Assembly (NCBI GenBank): GCA_964424375.1
Contig: CAYRIH010000006.1
Location: 1 to 45,352, forward strand
Source of the DNA: an uncultured Candidatus Saccharibacteria bacterium
GTDB taxonomy: Bacteria; Patescibacteriota; Kazan-3B-28; UBA10110
DNA length: 45,352 bases
Direction of reading: 5' to 3'
Made by a program: the position numbers and the translations under genes. The notes below the pieces were generated by a model that was given only the letters and a program-made list of their open reading frames with translations, was not told where the DNA came from and searched no databases. The stretch's first letter is position 1. Each line of letters begins with the position of its first letter. Shown piece after piece: positions 1-10,462 of the stretch.

Positions 1-543
1 GCTTTGGCTACTTATTATATTATTCAGCCTGCTGAAGTATCAGCTAACTTAGCTCGTTACGATGGTGTAAAATATGGATTGTCTGCAGGGGGTGATGAGA
101 AAATAGAAACTATTGAGGAGATGTATCGTCAAACTAGGGCAGGTGGATTCGGAAATGAAGTTAAAAGACGCATTATGCTAGGCACTTATGCTACCTCAGC
201 TGGTTTTAGAGATGCATATTATGATAGAGCTCGTAAAGTAGCTATGCTGATTAAACAAGATTTTGATAGAGCGTTTAAAGAAGTTGATGTGCTGGTTTCG
301 CCAACTACTCCAACTATCGCTTTTAAATTAGGAGAAAAGATTAACGATCCATTAAGTATGTATAAGGCTGATTTGTTAACCGCGCCAGCTAACATCGCTG
401 GTATTCCAGCCATATCAGTGCCATGTGGATTGTCTGAAGGTATGCCGGTGGGATTACAGATTATGGGGCCTCAGTTAGGTGAAAGTATAGTAATGCAAGT
501 AGCACATAATTATGAGCAAAGTGTGGATTGGAGGCAAGAATAA
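1..543 (+). CDS. gatA: Asp-tRNA(Asn)/Glu-tRNA(Gln) amidotransferase subunit A, 3' part (5'-truncated by window)
   Basis: [28 protein letters not shown] and PAISVPCG...[10 protein letters not shown] are GatA C-terminal motifs; gatB lies nearby. Confidence 0.95.
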   Translation, partial: ALATYYIIQPAEVSANLARYDGVKYGLSAGGDEKIETIEEMYRQTRAGGFGNEVKRRIMLGTYATSAGFRDAYYDRARKVAMLIKQDFDRAFKEVDVLVSPTTPTIAFKLGEKINDPLSMYKADLLTAPANIAGIPAISVPCGLSEGMPVGLQIMGPQLGESIVMQVAHNYEQSVDWRQE

Positions 544-938
544 TGTGGTGGGGCATATTACTAGTTTTGGCTTTAGGTATATTGATGTTTTGGTTAACCA
601 CTTTAAAAAGAAATTTAACTAAAGCAGATAGAAAAATAGTAAGTAAACAATGGGATATGGTAGAAAAATTGTTTATCCAAAAAAGATTTAAAGAATCTAT
701 TTTAGAGGCAGATAAAACTTTCGATTTTGTTTTAAAAAGAATGAATATAAAGGGTGTTACTATGGGCGAAAGATTAAAAAACACTAAGTCATTTTTAATT
801 AATTATCATGATGTCTGGGAAGCACATAAAATTAGAAATAAATTTGTCCACGAAGTAAATTATCAAATAGAAGAAAGAAAGGCGCAGGAAGTCATTAGAG
901 TTTTTAGAAGAGCTATTAAAAGTCTTAAAGTTTTATAG
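543..938 (+). CDS. Hypothetical protein with an N-terminal TM helix and a helical (HEPN/DUF4145-like) domain
   Basis: ATG at 543 overlaps the gatA stop (TAATG); hydrophobic N-terminus; AHKIRNKFVH resembles an RxxxxH motif. Confidence 0.7.
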   Translation: MWWGILLVLALGILMFWLTTLKRNLTKADRKIVSKQWDMVEKLFIQKRFKESILEADKTFDFVLKRMNIKGVTMGERLKNTKSFLINYHDVWEAHKIRNKFVHEVNYQIEERKAQEVIRVFRRAIKSLKVL

Positions 939-2312
939 ATGAAATATATTCCGACAATTGGTTTAGAGATCCATGCCCAATTGGCAACTAAAACTAAAAT
1001 GTTTTGCCGTTGTGACAATGATGCTCAAGGAAAAGAACCCAATACAGTAGTTTGCCCTTTGTGTATGGGATTTCCGGGCACTTTGCCAGTAACTAACGAA
1101 ACTGCTATAGAATGGGGAGTAAAAACTGCATTAGCTTTAGGCTGTAAGATTAATAAATTTCAACGGTTTGACCGAAAAAATTATTTTTATCCGGATTTGC
1201 CGAAAGGTTATCAAATATCTCAATTCTTTTTTCCAGTAGGTGAACATGGCAGTGTTGAAGTGGATTATTTAGCTCAGGACAGAAAGACTAAAAAAGAATT
1301 TGCTGTTGGCATTACCCGACTTCATTTAGAAGAAGATGCCGGGAAGTTAATCCATACTAAAGGTAGCACATTGGTTGATTTTAATCGTTGTGGTACGCCC
1401 TTGGCAGAAATTGTGACAGAGCCAGATATAGAATCGCCAGAAGAAGCCAGAGCTTTTATGCAGGAACTACAAAGAATTGTGCGAGGCTTGGGAGTGTCGC
1501 ATGCTGACATGGAGAAAGGTCAAATGAGAGTAGATGCTAATGTTTCTATTAGGCCAGAAGGCCAAAAGGAGCTTGGCACTAAAGTAGAAATTAAAAACAT
1601 GAACTCTTTTAAATTTATGGAGCAAGCTCTGAAATTTGAGATTGAACGGCAAAAGAAAATTCTAGACGATGGCGGAAAGGTTGATCAAGAAACTAGAGGT
1701 TGGGATGAAAAATCTGGCACAACTATTTCCCAGAGAGGCAAAGAAGGGTCTATCGATTATCGTTATTTCCCAGAACCAGATTTGCCACCGATAGTGCTTG
1801 TTGATAAACAAATTAAAGATTGGCAAAAAGATTTGCCAGAATTGCCTAGCGATTTGCGTAAAAAGGCCGAAAGTTTTGGTTTGCCTTACAATCGAGTAAT
1901 TGAGTTACAAGATACAGGGAAATTAAGAGATTTTATAAATATTATGAAGAGTAATAAAGATTTAGCAAAAAAACCGCTGTTGATAGCTAACTATCCAGGA
2001 GATTTTGTGGATTTTTATAGATGGGCGATTAAAGAAAACCCACCTAATATAGTTTTACGAACAGTATATAAGGCTATGCTAGTTGGACTTTCTTTAGATA
2101 ATGCTAAAAAGGGAATTAAAGTTATGGATGAAGCTGAGATAGAGAAGGTGGTAGTCAAAGTGTTAAAAGACAATCCGAAAGTTGTAGAACAGTTCAAGGC
2201 GGGGGAGAGTAAGGTGTTAGGTTTTTTGACTGGTCAGGTTATGGCTAAAACTAAAGGTGAAGCAGAACCAGCTCTAGTCCAGCAAATTTTGCAAAAGTTA
2301 TTGACAAAATAA
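939..2312 (+). CDS. gatB: Asp-tRNA(Asn)/Glu-tRNA(Gln) amidotransferase subunit B
   Basis: IGLEIHAQL, FDRKNYFYPDLPKGYQISQ, HLEEDAGK and YRYFPEPDL motifs; C-terminal Yqey-like tail. Confidence 0.97.
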   Translation: MKYIPTIGLEIHAQLATKTKMFCRCDNDAQGKEPNTVVCPLCMGFPGTLPVTNETAIEWGVKTALALGCKINKFQRFDRKNYFYPDLPKGYQISQFFFPVGEHGSVEVDYLAQDRKTKKEFAVGITRLHLEEDAGKLIHTKGSTLVDFNRCGTPLAEIVTEPDIESPEEARAFMQELQRIVRGLGVSHADMEKGQMRVDANVSIRPEGQKELGTKVEIKNMNSFKFMEQALKFEIERQKKILDDGGKVDQETRGWDEKSGTTISQRGKEGSIDYRYFPEPDLPPIVLVDKQIKDWQKDLPELPSDLRKKAESFGLPYNRVIELQDTGKLRDFINIMKSNKDLAKKPLLIANYPGDFVDFYRWAIKENPPNIVLRTVYKAMLVGLSLDNAKKGIKVMDEAEIEKVVVKVLKDNPKVVEQFKAGESKVLGFLTGQVMAKTKGEAEPALVQQILQKLLTK

Positions 2313-2329
2313 ATAAAGTATGGTATAAT
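2301..2329 (+). promoter_or_regulatory. sigma70 promoter
   Basis: TTGACA (2301-2306), 17 nt, TATAAT (2324-2329), with an extended -10 TG. Confidence 0.75.
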
Positions 2330-2396
2330 GAAAGAAAGGGGTGGATTGACATCCTAAAGAAAGGATAATAAAATTAGATTACTAATTTAAAGAAAA

Positions 2397-2804
2397 GTGG
2401 CTCTAGAATTAGAAAACAATTCATTAAAAGAAGATAAATTTAATCAGGAGGCTAGACCTGAATCTTTAGGTAGTATTTCTGGAGGCGGGGAGACGGAAAG
2501 ACCACAGGAAAGCTCTGATGTTACTGAAATTCCGAGAGATGTCCTGGGTGTTGATGTGGAAACTGTATCACCAAAACCAACTGGGATAGATAAACTGAGT
2601 CCTGCCCAAGAGGAAATTTTAGCAAAAAGAAAAGAAAAAATAAGTGCGGTTATAAAACGAAAACGTCAACAGCAATATCCAGATACAGTAAAAATGGTTG
2701 AATTTATAGAAGGTGTAGAAGCAGCTTCGTCAGGGGGTGCTAAATCTGCCGCATTCTATGCGAGTGTGTCAGATCAAGTAAGGGGATTAGAAAAGTCAAA
2801 CTAA
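2397..2804 (+). CDS. Hypothetical protein (acidic, probably disordered N-terminus)
   Basis: 135-aa ORF with a GTG start, downstream of the consensus promoter and co-oriented with its neighbours. Confidence 0.65.
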   Translation: MALELENNSLKEDKFNQEARPESLGSISGGGETERPQESSDVTEIPRDVLGVDVETVSPKPTGIDKLSPAQEEILAKRKEKISAVIKRKRQQQYPDTVKMVEFIEGVEAASSGGAKSAAFYASVSDQVRGLEKSN

Positions 2805-2833
2805 ATATAAATTTTTTTTAAAATAAAAATAAA

Positions 2834-5275
2834 ATGCTTTGGGCAATAATTATAACTAGTGCTGTTATATTGCTCGCGGGTGGCGGGTATCTTTTTTATA
2901 TGACTTGGCGCAAAAAGAATTTATATCGCCAAGCTGGATCAGCCGCTAATAGAAAATTATTTTTAATTACTTTGCCAAAAGAACTTAAAGAAGAAGATAA
3001 GAATAAAGAAATTAAAGATATTATTGCTCCAGCAGAAATACTCTTACGCAATTTGCATATTATTAAAGGTGATTTAAAGGGAGAACATTTTACTTTAGAG
3101 ATTATAGCTAAAGATGGTTTGGTTGGCTTTTATGTTAGCGTCCCATCTAAACTTGCTAGTTTATTAGAGAAACAAATAACCGCTCAATATCCAGATGCAG
3201 TTATAGAAGAGGTAGAAAGCCCTAATATCTTTCCCAAAGAAGGCCAAGTGGCCGCGGCGCAGTTAAAGCTTAAAAAAGAATCAGCTTATCCAATTTTAAC
3301 TTATCAGAATTTTGAAAATGAGGCACTTAATGCCTTAACCAATGCCTTAAGCAAATTAAACGAGGCTAGTGAAGGTGCGGCCATTCAAGTTTTAATCAGG
3401 CCAGTAGGGGATAGCTGGCAAAAAAGAGGTCGGGCTATGACTAGTTCTATGCAGCAGGGTAAATCAAAAGGTTCTATTACGGAAGGGGTAATTAAGGGAT
3501 TGGGAGAGATAGTATCTATATCAACTGATAAAAAGGACGATCAAAGAGATGAGGCTAAAAGATTAACTCCAGCCGAAGAAAAAATTATTGAGGCCATTGG
3601 CCATAAGTCTACAAAGGCTGGTTTTGAAGTTTTGGTACGCACAGTGGTGGCTTCAGCTACTAAAGAAGAGGCCCAAATCCATTTGAACAATATTTTAAGT
3701 AGTTTTAATCAATATTCCAGTACACAGCTTAATCGATTTGTTTTGGATAAACTCTCGGAGCATAAAATTATTTCCCAATATATTTTTAGATTGTTTAGTT
3801 TCGGTAGGCCATTTGTTTTAAATACTGAAGAAGTAGCAACCTTGTGGCATTTACCAAATGCTCATTTAGACACCCCAAGTATTAGATGGCTTCGAGCTAA
3901 AAGATTTCCACCACCTGATAATTTGCCCAAAGAAGGAGTAATATTGGGCAAAGCTGTATATCGCGGTCAAGAGAATGTAGTTCGTATTAAAGATAATGAT
4001 CGGAGAAAGCATATCTATTCCATCGGTAAAACTGGTACTGGTAAAACTACTTGGATGCAGAATATGGCTTTGCAGGATATTTTAGCGGGTAAGGGAGTCT
4101 GTGTTATTGATCCGCATGGAGATATGATTGATTGGATTTTAGAGCGTATTCCTAAGGAAAGAATTGATGATGTCATTCATTTTTATCCACCCGATACTGA
4201 TAGGCCATTGGGGTTAAATATGCTGGATGCTAAGACACCTGCCCAAAAAGATATGGCAGTGGCAGAGTTGATTTCTATATTTTACAAACTATTTGATCCA
4301 ACTGGCGCTGGTCAGATGATTGGTCCAATGTTTGAGCATTATATGCGTAACGCTATGCTGGCATTATTAGCCGATGATGAATCAGGTGCGACCTTAGTGG
4401 AGATTCCCAGAATGTTCACTGATAAAAAGTTTAGGGATTACAAGTTATCCAAAGTAACTGATCCGGCAGTGCGCCAATTTTGGATTCAGGAATATGCTCA
4501 ATCCCAGCGTGGTCAGCAGTCTGCCGATATGCTCTCATATGTAATCAGTAAAATCGGTCGCTTTTTAAGTAATGAAATGATGCGTAATATTATAGGTCAA
4601 AAGAATTCATCTTTTGATTTGCGCCAGGTAATGGATAATAAAAAGATTTTATTAGTTAACTTAGCTAAAGGCTTAACTGGTGAGATTAATAGCAATCTAC
4701 TGGGCTTTATTTTAGTGTCCAAGATTCAAATGGCAGTATTGTCTCGAGCTGATATTCCCGAAGATCAGCGCCAAGATTTTTATCTCTACATCGATGAGTT
4801 TCAAAATGTTACCACTAGTTCCATTGCCACCATTTTATCGGAAGCTCGCAAATATCGCCTTAATTTAACAATGGCTCATCAATTTATAGCTCAGTTAGAA
4901 GAAAATATTAAAGATGCTGTTCTAGGAAATGTGGGTACTATGGTAAGTTTTAGAATTGGAGCGCCTGATACTGAAATAATTGGTCCGGAGTTTCAACCTC
5001 AAGTTAGCAATAATGATTTAATTAATATCGCCAATAGAAATGCTTATATTAAATTAATGATTGATGGGGCAGCCAGTAAGCCGTTTAATATTGCTACTTT
5101 ACCTCCCATGGGTGATCCAAATCCTAAGATAGCAGGAGCTTTAAAGAAATTGTCCAGGCTAAAATATGGTCGGGACAAGAGAATAGTAGATATGGAAATT
5201 AGAGAACGAGCCAAATTTACAACTGATTTGCCACCAGAAATTGAGGACCCGCTTTCTAGTTCCCCATCAAGTTAA
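2834..5275 (+). CDS. Membrane-anchored VirB4/TraG-VirD4/HerA-like (DUF87) P-loop ATPase
   Basis: N-terminal TM helix; Walker A GKTGTGKT; IDPHGD; Walker B LYIDEFQ; SEARKYRLNLTMAHQ. Confidence 0.85.
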   Translation: MLWAIIITSAVILLAGGGYLFYMTWRKKNLYRQAGSAANRKLFLITLPKELKEEDKNKEIKDIIAPAEILLRNLHIIKGDLKGEHFTLEIIAKDGLVGFYVSVPSKLASLLEKQITAQYPDAVIEEVESPNIFPKEGQVAAAQLKLKKESAYPILTYQNFENEALNALTNALSKLNEASEGAAIQVLIRPVGDSWQKRGRAMTSSMQQGKSKGSITEGVIKGLGEIVSISTDKKDDQRDEAKRLTPAEEKIIEAIGHKSTKAGFEVLVRTVVASATKEEAQIHLNNILSSFNQYSSTQLNRFVLDKLSEHKIISQYIFRLFSFGRPFVLNTEEVATLWHLPNAHLDTPSIRWLRAKRFPPPDNLPKEGVILGKAVYRGQENVVRIKDNDRRKHIYSIGKTGTGKTTWMQNMALQDILAGKGVCVIDPHGDMIDWILERIPKERIDDVIHFYPPDTDRPLGLNMLDAKTPAQKDMAVAELISIFYKLFDPTGAGQMIGPMFEHYMRNAMLALLADDESGATLVEIPRMFTDKKFRDYKLSKVTDPAVRQFWIQEYAQSQRGQQSADMLSYVISKIGRFLSNEMMRNIIGQKNSSFDLRQVMDNKKILLVNLAKGLTGEINSNLLGFILVSKIQMAVLSRADIPEDQRQDFYLYIDEFQNVTTSSIATILSEARKYRLNLTMAHQFIAQLEENIKDAVLGNVGTMVSFRIGAPDTEIIGPEFQPQVSNNDLINIANRNAYIKLMIDGAASKPFNIATLPPMGDPNPKIAGALKKLSRLKYGRDKRIVDMEIRERAKFTTDLPPEIEDPLSSSPSS

Positions 5276-5362
5276 ACCATAGGTAGGGTAGGGGGTTGTC
5301 AAAAATCTCTTAATAATTTAAAATGTATAGTCTAGGAGCATAAAAATTTAAAAATAAACCAG

Positions 5363-5941
5363 ATGAGCAAAAACAAACAGCTAGAAAAAATCCAAGCTTT
5401 AGTAGAAACCGCTTCTGCTAATATCGCTACTGCTAAGCAATTATTAGCAGATATGTTAGGTTCTAGTTTTAGTTCATTAAATTATCAGAGCAAAGCTGGA
5501 AGTTTGAGTGGTGGTGACAGCAAAATTATCGAAGGTGTATTTGATGGACAGTATATGATTGATAAAGAGGGTAAAAAATACCCTGTGCCAGCTAATTATG
5601 CCAGTAAATCTAAATTAGTGGCCGGGGATGTGCTTAAATTAACTATATCAGATGACGGATCATTTATTTATAAGCAAATTGGTCCAGTAGCCAGAAAAAA
5701 GGTTATTGGCACTTTAGTCCAGGATGGTGATATTTATACGGTAGTAGCTGGCGGTAAATCATATAAAGTGCTATTGGCTTCTGTAACATACTTTAAAATC
5801 ACGCCCGGTGACGAATTAACGATTTTAATACCAGAAAAGGGTGAAAGTGACTGGGCTACCATAGAAAGTGCTATAATCGGTCCTGAAACTAGTGAGTCTA
5901 GAGAACCTGACGAGGATAAAGAGGTTCCAGAAGAAAAATAA
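5363..5941 (+). CDS. Conserved hypothetical protein of a type common in CPR
   Basis: IIEGVFDGQYM...YPVPANYASKSKLVAGDVLKLTI is recognised from CPR hypothetical proteins (recall, not searched). Confidence 0.75.
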   Translation: MSKNKQLEKIQALVETASANIATAKQLLADMLGSSFSSLNYQSKAGSLSGGDSKIIEGVFDGQYMIDKEGKKYPVPANYASKSKLVAGDVLKLTISDDGSFIYKQIGPVARKKVIGTLVQDGDIYTVVAGGKSYKVLLASVTYFKITPGDELTILIPEKGESDWATIESAIIGPETSESREPDEDKEVPEEK

Positions 5942-5985
5942 TCAATCTGTTCCTTAACAATCAAACCAAATCGGAGGCGGATAGT

Positions 5986-6222
5986 ATGTCCTGGATAGCA
6001 TTGATCCTAGCATTAGCTGGAGCATACTTAGTTACTCAGAAAAGCCGCAAGCTGCATTTGGTAGCGTTCATTATGTGGACGTTTTCGAATGCGTACTGGG
6101 CTATTTATAACTGGGGAGACTGGGCTCTATGTATTCAGTTCACAATTTTCTTTGGACTAGCTTTGCTGGGCATTAAGAACAATTGGGAGTACAGAAGTGA
6201 AGGTTATAGAAACACCGTATAA
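5986..6222 (+). CDS. Small 3-TM membrane protein
   Basis: GGAGG SD upstream; three hydrophobic segments. Confidence 0.65.
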   Translation: MSWIALILALAGAYLVTQKSRKLHLVAFIMWTFSNAYWAIYNWGDWALCIQFTIFFGLALLGIKNNWEYRSEGYRNTV

Positions 6223-6234
6223 AGCGGTGTTTTT
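6210..6234 (+). terminator. Intrinsic terminator-like hairpin
   Basis: AAACACCG-tataaag-CGGTGTTT followed by a T-run; lies between convergent genes. Confidence 0.55.
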
Positions 6235-6337
6235 CTTTTACCCAGATAGTATGTCGCACAAGATACATTGTGCGACGTTGTATATTTATGTTCTATGCCA
6301 CTCCCCTAGAGTCTCTAAAGGAGCTGATTTTCTTCTG

Positions 6338-7156
6338 TTACCAGATGAAGTTTGGTTGGAGATGGGGATCTTGAGAGCCTTCGTAAAAACGATTAGCATC
6401 TGCATCTGGTATCACTACCCTACTCCAATCTTCATTCATTAAAGTTAGTGGGTTTATAGCTGTTTTATAGCCGTCTTCAATTTTATCTACCTGAAAGTGA
6501 AGATGAGGATTAGTTGTTCCAGTATTACCTAAACGGCCTATTAAATCACCTATTTGAACTATGTCCCCTACTTTGACTGAAATATCTAAGAGATGTCCAT
6601 AGGTTATTGAATAATTATTTCCAGCATCAATTTCTACAGTTTTGCCAATCTTATCTCCTGTAAAAATTACCCTACCATCACTAGCAGAGGTAATTTCAAG
6701 GTCAACTCGGCCAGCAAAATCTATACCATTGTGCCGATTATCCCATTGGGGATATTCAATATTATATGGCTTAGTAATGGCTTCTATAGAACCAAACCAG
6801 CCATATACAAACCAGGTGTCTTGAGGGTTAGTAGAAATAAATTTACCATCTTTAACAGCAAATTTTATAGCACTATCCCCCACTTCCCAGATAATGCCAG
6901 GTGTATTGAAATCTGCACTAGTCCAATTGGATTCAATATTAAAAGGCAAAGATAGGTTGGGAAGTTGAAGTTCTTCCTGGCCATAAATTTTTAAAGGCGT
7001 TAGGTTGCTGTTATCCATTTCTCCTAAAACAGCCTCATTAGCCAATGAAGTTTGATGTGCTGAAATATCTTTATTGATACTGCTATCAGTAGTTAAATTG
7101 GTAGGTAAAAGCACAACCCCTAAAATCATCAGAGTTGTAGATAATTTTATTCGCAT
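6338..7156 (-). CDS. M23 family peptidase (peptidoglycan endopeptidase-like), secreted
   Basis: HNGIDF, YGHL and PHLHF zinc motifs; N-terminal signal peptide. Confidence 0.88.
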   Translation of the reverse strand: MRIKLSTTLMILGVVLLPTNLTTDSSINKDISAHQTSLANEAVLGEMDNSNLTPLKIYGQEELQLPNLSLPFNIESNWTSADFNTPGIIWEVGDSAIKFAVKDGKFISTNPQDTWFVYGWFGSIEAITKPYNIEYPQWDNRHNGIDFAGRVDLEITSASDGRVIFTGDKIGKTVEIDAGNNYSITYGHLLDISVKVGDIVQIGDLIGRLGNTGTTNPHLHFQVDKIEDGYKTAINPLTLMNEDWSRVVIPDADANRFYEGSQDPHLQPNFIW

Positions 7157-7196
7157 AACAAATTACTATATCAAGTTTAATTTGGCTTGGCTAGAT

Positions 7197-10100
7197 TTAC
7201 TTAATGAGCTTAATAATTTTTTTGATGCCTGCAATCCAATTATTTCCCACTGCAGTTAAAGGTAATTTGATTGTATTATCAATGATTTGAACTCCAGCAT
7301 TGTGCAGTGCTTTAAGTACATTTTTATCTTTTAATGCTGAGGTAAGAGTGATATTAATAATATATTCTGGAGTTTTGCTACCCGAAGGAGCTATGTTATG
7401 AGTAATAACAGAAGTGATTTTTTGAGTTTCCAATGCTGCTAATTTAAGTTTGAGTAAGTCGAATAAATTAATTACTTCCTTAGGTAGCTCCCCAAATTTT
7501 TCAAAAAGTTCTGACTGAGCTTCTTTTAATTCATTTTGACTTTCTATAAGCACCAACTGTTGATATGTTTTGATTCTTTGAGCCTCATTATCTATATAAC
7601 GATTTGGTAAGTAAGCAGATATTGGCAGGTCAACCGTGATGGTGTCTACTTGTGGCTTATAACCAGTTTTAAGCTTCTCTATAGCTCGGTTAAGTAATTT
7701 TGTATATAAAGTTAATCCAACTGCGCTTATATGTCCATGTTGTTTTTTTGATAGCACGCCGCCGGCTCCGCGGATCTGCAAGTCACGTAGGGCAATTTGA
7801 TAGCCACTACCCAGCTCTGTGTGGCCAGCAATGGTTTTGAGTCTTTCTAAAGCCTTTCCGGCCAGCTTCCCGGCGTGGTAGTAGAAATAAGCATGGGCCT
7901 GAACTTTCCCACGACCAATCCGACCTCTTAATTGATGAAGTTGGGATAAACCAAAATTGCCGGCATTATCTATTATTAAAGTATTAACATTAGGATTATC
8001 TAGGCCATTTTCAATAATTGTGCTGGCTACTAAGCAGTCATATTTGCCATTGCGGAAATCTTCCATAATTTTGGCTAACAAACGTTCTGGCATTTGCCCA
8101 TGAGCATAGACAAAACGAACCTCGGGCAGTATTTCTTCAAGTTTATTGGTCATGCTGGCAATAGTGGCAACTCGATTATGTACAAAATATATTTGCCCAC
8201 CCCTTTTGATTTCGTTGAGTATAGAGTCTTGAACTGATCCCATATTAAAGGGTGCTACGGTAGTTTGAATTGGTAATCGATTAATTGGAGGTGTTTCTAT
8301 GACACTAATGTCTCTAATTCCCGATAGTGCTAAATTAAGGGTTCTGGGTATTGGAGTAGCGGTTAAACTAAGGACATCCACTTCAGATCGTAATAATTTA
8401 AGTTTTTCTTTATGACTCACTCCAAATCGTTGTTCTTCATCGATAATTATCAAGCCCAAATTAGCAAAGCGAATATCTTTAGAAAGTAATCTATGGGTGC
8501 CGATTACCACATCTACTTCTCTAGTTTTTAGGCTGGCAACAATTCTTTTTTGTTCGACCGGTGATCGAAATCGACTTAAAGCGGCAACCTGCACCCCAAA
8601 TGGGCTTAAGCGTTCAGTGAAAGTTTCAAGGTGTTGCTCGGTAAGAATGGTAGTCGGGACCAAAATTGCTACCTGAAACCCAGAAGTTACAGCTTTAAAA
8701 GTAGCCCTAATAGCTACTTCAGTCTTTCCGAAACCCACGTCAGCAACTAATAGGCGGTCCATGGGTTTAGGTTTTTCCATGTCATTTAAAATATCTTGAA
8801 TTACCTGTTCTTGATCGGGTGTTTCTTGATGAATGAACGAATCTGATAGTGCTTGTTCCCAAAAACCTGCACTATCAAAAGATATTCCTTCTTTTAATGC
8901 TCGTTTGGCATATAGATCTAACAAATCTTTAGCAAATTCTTGGGATTCTTTTTTAATTTTACCAACCATTCGTTTCCAGTTTTGTGAACTAAGCTTAGAT
9001 AAGGTTGGTTTACCGCCATCGACTGATATATATTTACTAAGTTTATCTATTTGTTCTACTGGTACATAAATTCTATCTGATCCGGCGTATTTAATAATCA
9101 GATATTCCCGACTGATATTATTGATGGTCATAGTATCAATATCTATCAATTGTCCAATACCATGATCAGTGTGAACTACATAATCACCTTTGACAATTTG
9201 AGACAAGAAAGCTAATTGTCGTCGCTGAGGAGTTTTGCTATCCGCCTGGGATTTTTCAATAATGGGTGAAAAGATTTCTGTATCAGTTAATAAAATCTTT
9301 TTAAGAGATGGGTTCATAAATCCTTCAACTGATCCAATGTTAGTCAACACAACTTTATCCGTCAGGTCTCGACCAAAATTAATCTTATGTTCTTTTAAGA
9401 TTGGCAAGATGTGCTCCTCTTTATTGGTATTTATAATTATTTGCCAGCTGTTTTTAGTATATTTTTTAATTTCTTGCGCCAATCTGTTTAAATCATTAGC
9501 AAATAATGGGGCTTGAGCAAAATCAAATCGAATTAAACCTTCTTCAGTAGTAGGGATATTAATAAAATGCCAAGCAGAAAGATTGTCTAATTGCTTGCTA
9601 ACTGTGGTGAGAATACCATTGTCTTGCTGATGACCACCTTGATATAATTCATATAAAAGTTGAAATAGTTCATCAGCTTGATTAAATATGACAATGAATT
9701 CTTTGGGCTTATTTTCTATAATATCCAGTAAGTAACTGCTGATTTTTTCGTTTTTTATAGCTGGGACATCAATAACAGTATGTTGTCTAATAATTTTATT
9801 GCTTACTGGATCGAACTCGTTAATGTCAATTATAGTGTCGTCGTCGAATTTCAAACGGTATGGATGAGCATTATTAAGCGGAAAAATATCTAAAATTCCA
9901 CTATGCATAGCCACCTCGCCATTTTGAAACACTTTGCCCTGACGCTCATATCCCATAGATATTAACCAAGCTACAGTTTTGTCAGGCTGAAAATTTTTGC
10001 CTATTTTAAAATTGATGCCCATAGTGGGAATGGTCAAAGGCTCAATCAAAGCATTTATGGGAAATATAAATATTCCAGAATCATTTTGTTTCAGTGCTTG

Positions 10101-10403
10101 AGTAGTAGTTGATCTGATTTGGAAATTATTTATATATTCTTTGCGGTTTATTTTTTCTGATTTTAAATCTGGGTATATATAGACTGGGACATTGGATGTT
10201 TTTTGCAGTATTTTGGCTAGATTGACCTGCCAACTATCGTTTTTGACAATGTAAATTAATTTTTTCTTATGTTCTTTAGCAGTCTGTGCCAGCAAGAGTA
10301 ATTTTCCTGTATTGTTAAGACCAGTAATATAGGTTTTACCGTTAGAAATATTTTTTTTAAGTAATTTATAAGAAGCCAGAGAACTAAATTTTGTCTCCAA
10401 CAT
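7197..10403 (-). CDS. mfd: Transcription-repair coupling factor (start may be ATG 10403 or TTG 10424)
   Basis: CarD-like GDYVVHTDHGIG; ADVGFGKTEVA; IIDEEQRFG; TATPIPRT; QLRGRIGR; DLQIRGAG; TRCF C-terminus. Confidence 0.95.
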   Translation of the reverse strand: MLETKFSSLASYKLLKKNISNGKTYITGLNNTGKLLLLAQTAKEHKKKLIYIVKNDSWQVNLAKILQKTSNVPVYIYPDLKSEKINRKEYINNFQIRSTTTQALKQNDSGIFIFPINALIEPLTIPTMGINFKIGKNFQPDKTVAWLISMGYERQGKVFQNGEVAMHSGILDIFPLNNAHPYRLKFDDDTIIDINEFDPVSNKIIRQHTVIDVPAIKNEKISSYLLDIIENKPKEFIVIFNQADELFQLLYELYQGGHQQDNGILTTVSKQLDNLSAWHFINIPTTEEGLIRFDFAQAPLFANDLNRLAQEIKKYTKNSWQIIINTNKEEHILPILKEHKINFGRDLTDKVVLTNIGSVEGFMNPSLKKILLTDTEIFSPIIEKSQADSKTPQRRQLAFLSQIVKGDYVVHTDHGIGQLIDIDTMTINNISREYLIIKYAGSDRIYVPVEQIDKLSKYISVDGGKPTLSKLSSQNWKRMVGKIKKESQEFAKDLLDLYAKRALKEGISFDSAGFWEQALSDSFIHQETPDQEQVIQDILNDMEKPKPMDRLLVADVGFGKTEVAIRATFKAVTSGFQVAILVPTTILTEQHLETFTERLSPFGVQVAALSRFRSPVEQKRIVASLKTREVDVVIGTHRLLSKDIRFANLGLIIIDEEQRFGVSHKEKLKLLRSEVDVLSLTATPIPRTLNLALSGIRDISVIETPPINRLPIQTTVAPFNMGSVQDSILNEIKRGGQIYFVHNRVATIASMTNKLEEILPEVRFVYAHGQMPERLLAKIMEDFRNGKYDCLVASTIIENGLDNPNVNTLIIDNAGNFGLSQLHQLRGRIGRGKVQAHAYFYYHAGKLAGKALERLKTIAGHTELGSGYQIALRDLQIRGAGGVLSKKQHGHISAVGLTLYTKLLNRAIEKLKTGYKPQVDTITVDLPISAYLPNRYIDNEAQRIKTYQQLVLIESQNELKEAQSELFEKFGELPKEVINLFDLLKLKLAALETQKITSVITHNIAPSGSKTPEYIINITLTSALKDKNVLKALHNAGVQIIDNTIKLPLTAVGNNWIAGIKKIIKLIK

Positions 10404-10427
10404 CGAAAAGATTGTTTCTACCAACTC

Positions 10428-10456
10428 TTGACCATTAGATTAATATGTGTTATAAT
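10428..10456 (+). promoter_or_regulatory. sigma70 promoter divergent from mfd
   Basis: TTGACC (10428-10433), 17 nt, TATAAT (10451-10456), with an extended -10 TG. Confidence 0.7.
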
Positions 10457-10462
10457 GAAAAG

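Noticed and set aside
6197-6442. 81-aa + strand ORF
   Set aside because: It crosses a terminator hairpin and overlaps the M23 gene.
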